A stretch of 63,323 nucleotides of DNA from Nemertoderma westbladi (Eukaryota; Animalia; Xenacoelomorpha), in NCBI GenBank assembly GCA_032718475.1, contig JAUCBJ010007861.1, positions 1 through 63,323 of the forward strand, read 5' to 3'. The position numbers and the translations under genes were made by a program. Position 1 is the stretch's first letter. Each line of letters starts with the position of its first letter. The notes under the pieces were generated by a model, which had not been told where the DNA came from, searched no databases, and saw only the letters and a list, made by a program, of their open reading frames with translations. Below are positions 63,073 through 63,323 of this stretch, one piece after another.

Positions 63073-63323
63073 CGATTTAACAAGAATTAGACAAAAGAAG
63101 TACCGGTACAGGTGGGCTTACTTCTTTCCTGTAGCCTATTCACTTCGAATCTAACTCTTAACTCTTGGTACCGTACTAACCCAGTAACCAGAGTAGCCTA
63201 TCAACTCAACACTGCAACAGCACAACAGGTACCGACCGGTAGGCCTAAAGGCTAGCTTATTTATAGAAGTACAGTCAGTACACAGTAGATATGAAGTAGG
63301 CTATATATAGCAGTATGCAGTAC

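Overview
AT-rich eukaryotic DNA, probably from an invertebrate (inferred from TE families and spliceosomal introns), made up almost entirely of nested transposable elements around one spliced host gene. From left to right: (1) a lightly degraded BEL/Pao LTR retrotransposon on the minus strand with a long leader; (2) a truncated Ty3/Gypsy gag-protease; (3) a nest of MITEs, four Helentron-like (HINE) copies and a piggyBac-type MITE; (4) an APE-type LINE with a Ulp1/SENP-like protease in its ORF1 region, split by a complete degenerate BEL/Pao element. That BEL element carries a 5'-truncated RTE and a young Gypsy whose RT-RNase H is replaced in frame by about 40 copies of a 12-bp repeat; (5) 48-bp and 36-bp tandem arrays; (6) a three-exon gene for a secreted PAN/apple-EGF-LamG-like protein, missed as a whole by the ORF track; (7) a ~3.5-kb tandem duplication containing EnSpm/CACTA transposase remnants, a tRNA-derived inverted-repeat element and a Tc1-type excision footprint; (8) a frameshifted Crypton-type tyrosine recombinase beside a long hairpin. 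No rRNA, functional tRNA or CRISPR array is supported. All family calls come from motif recognition by eye, not database searches.
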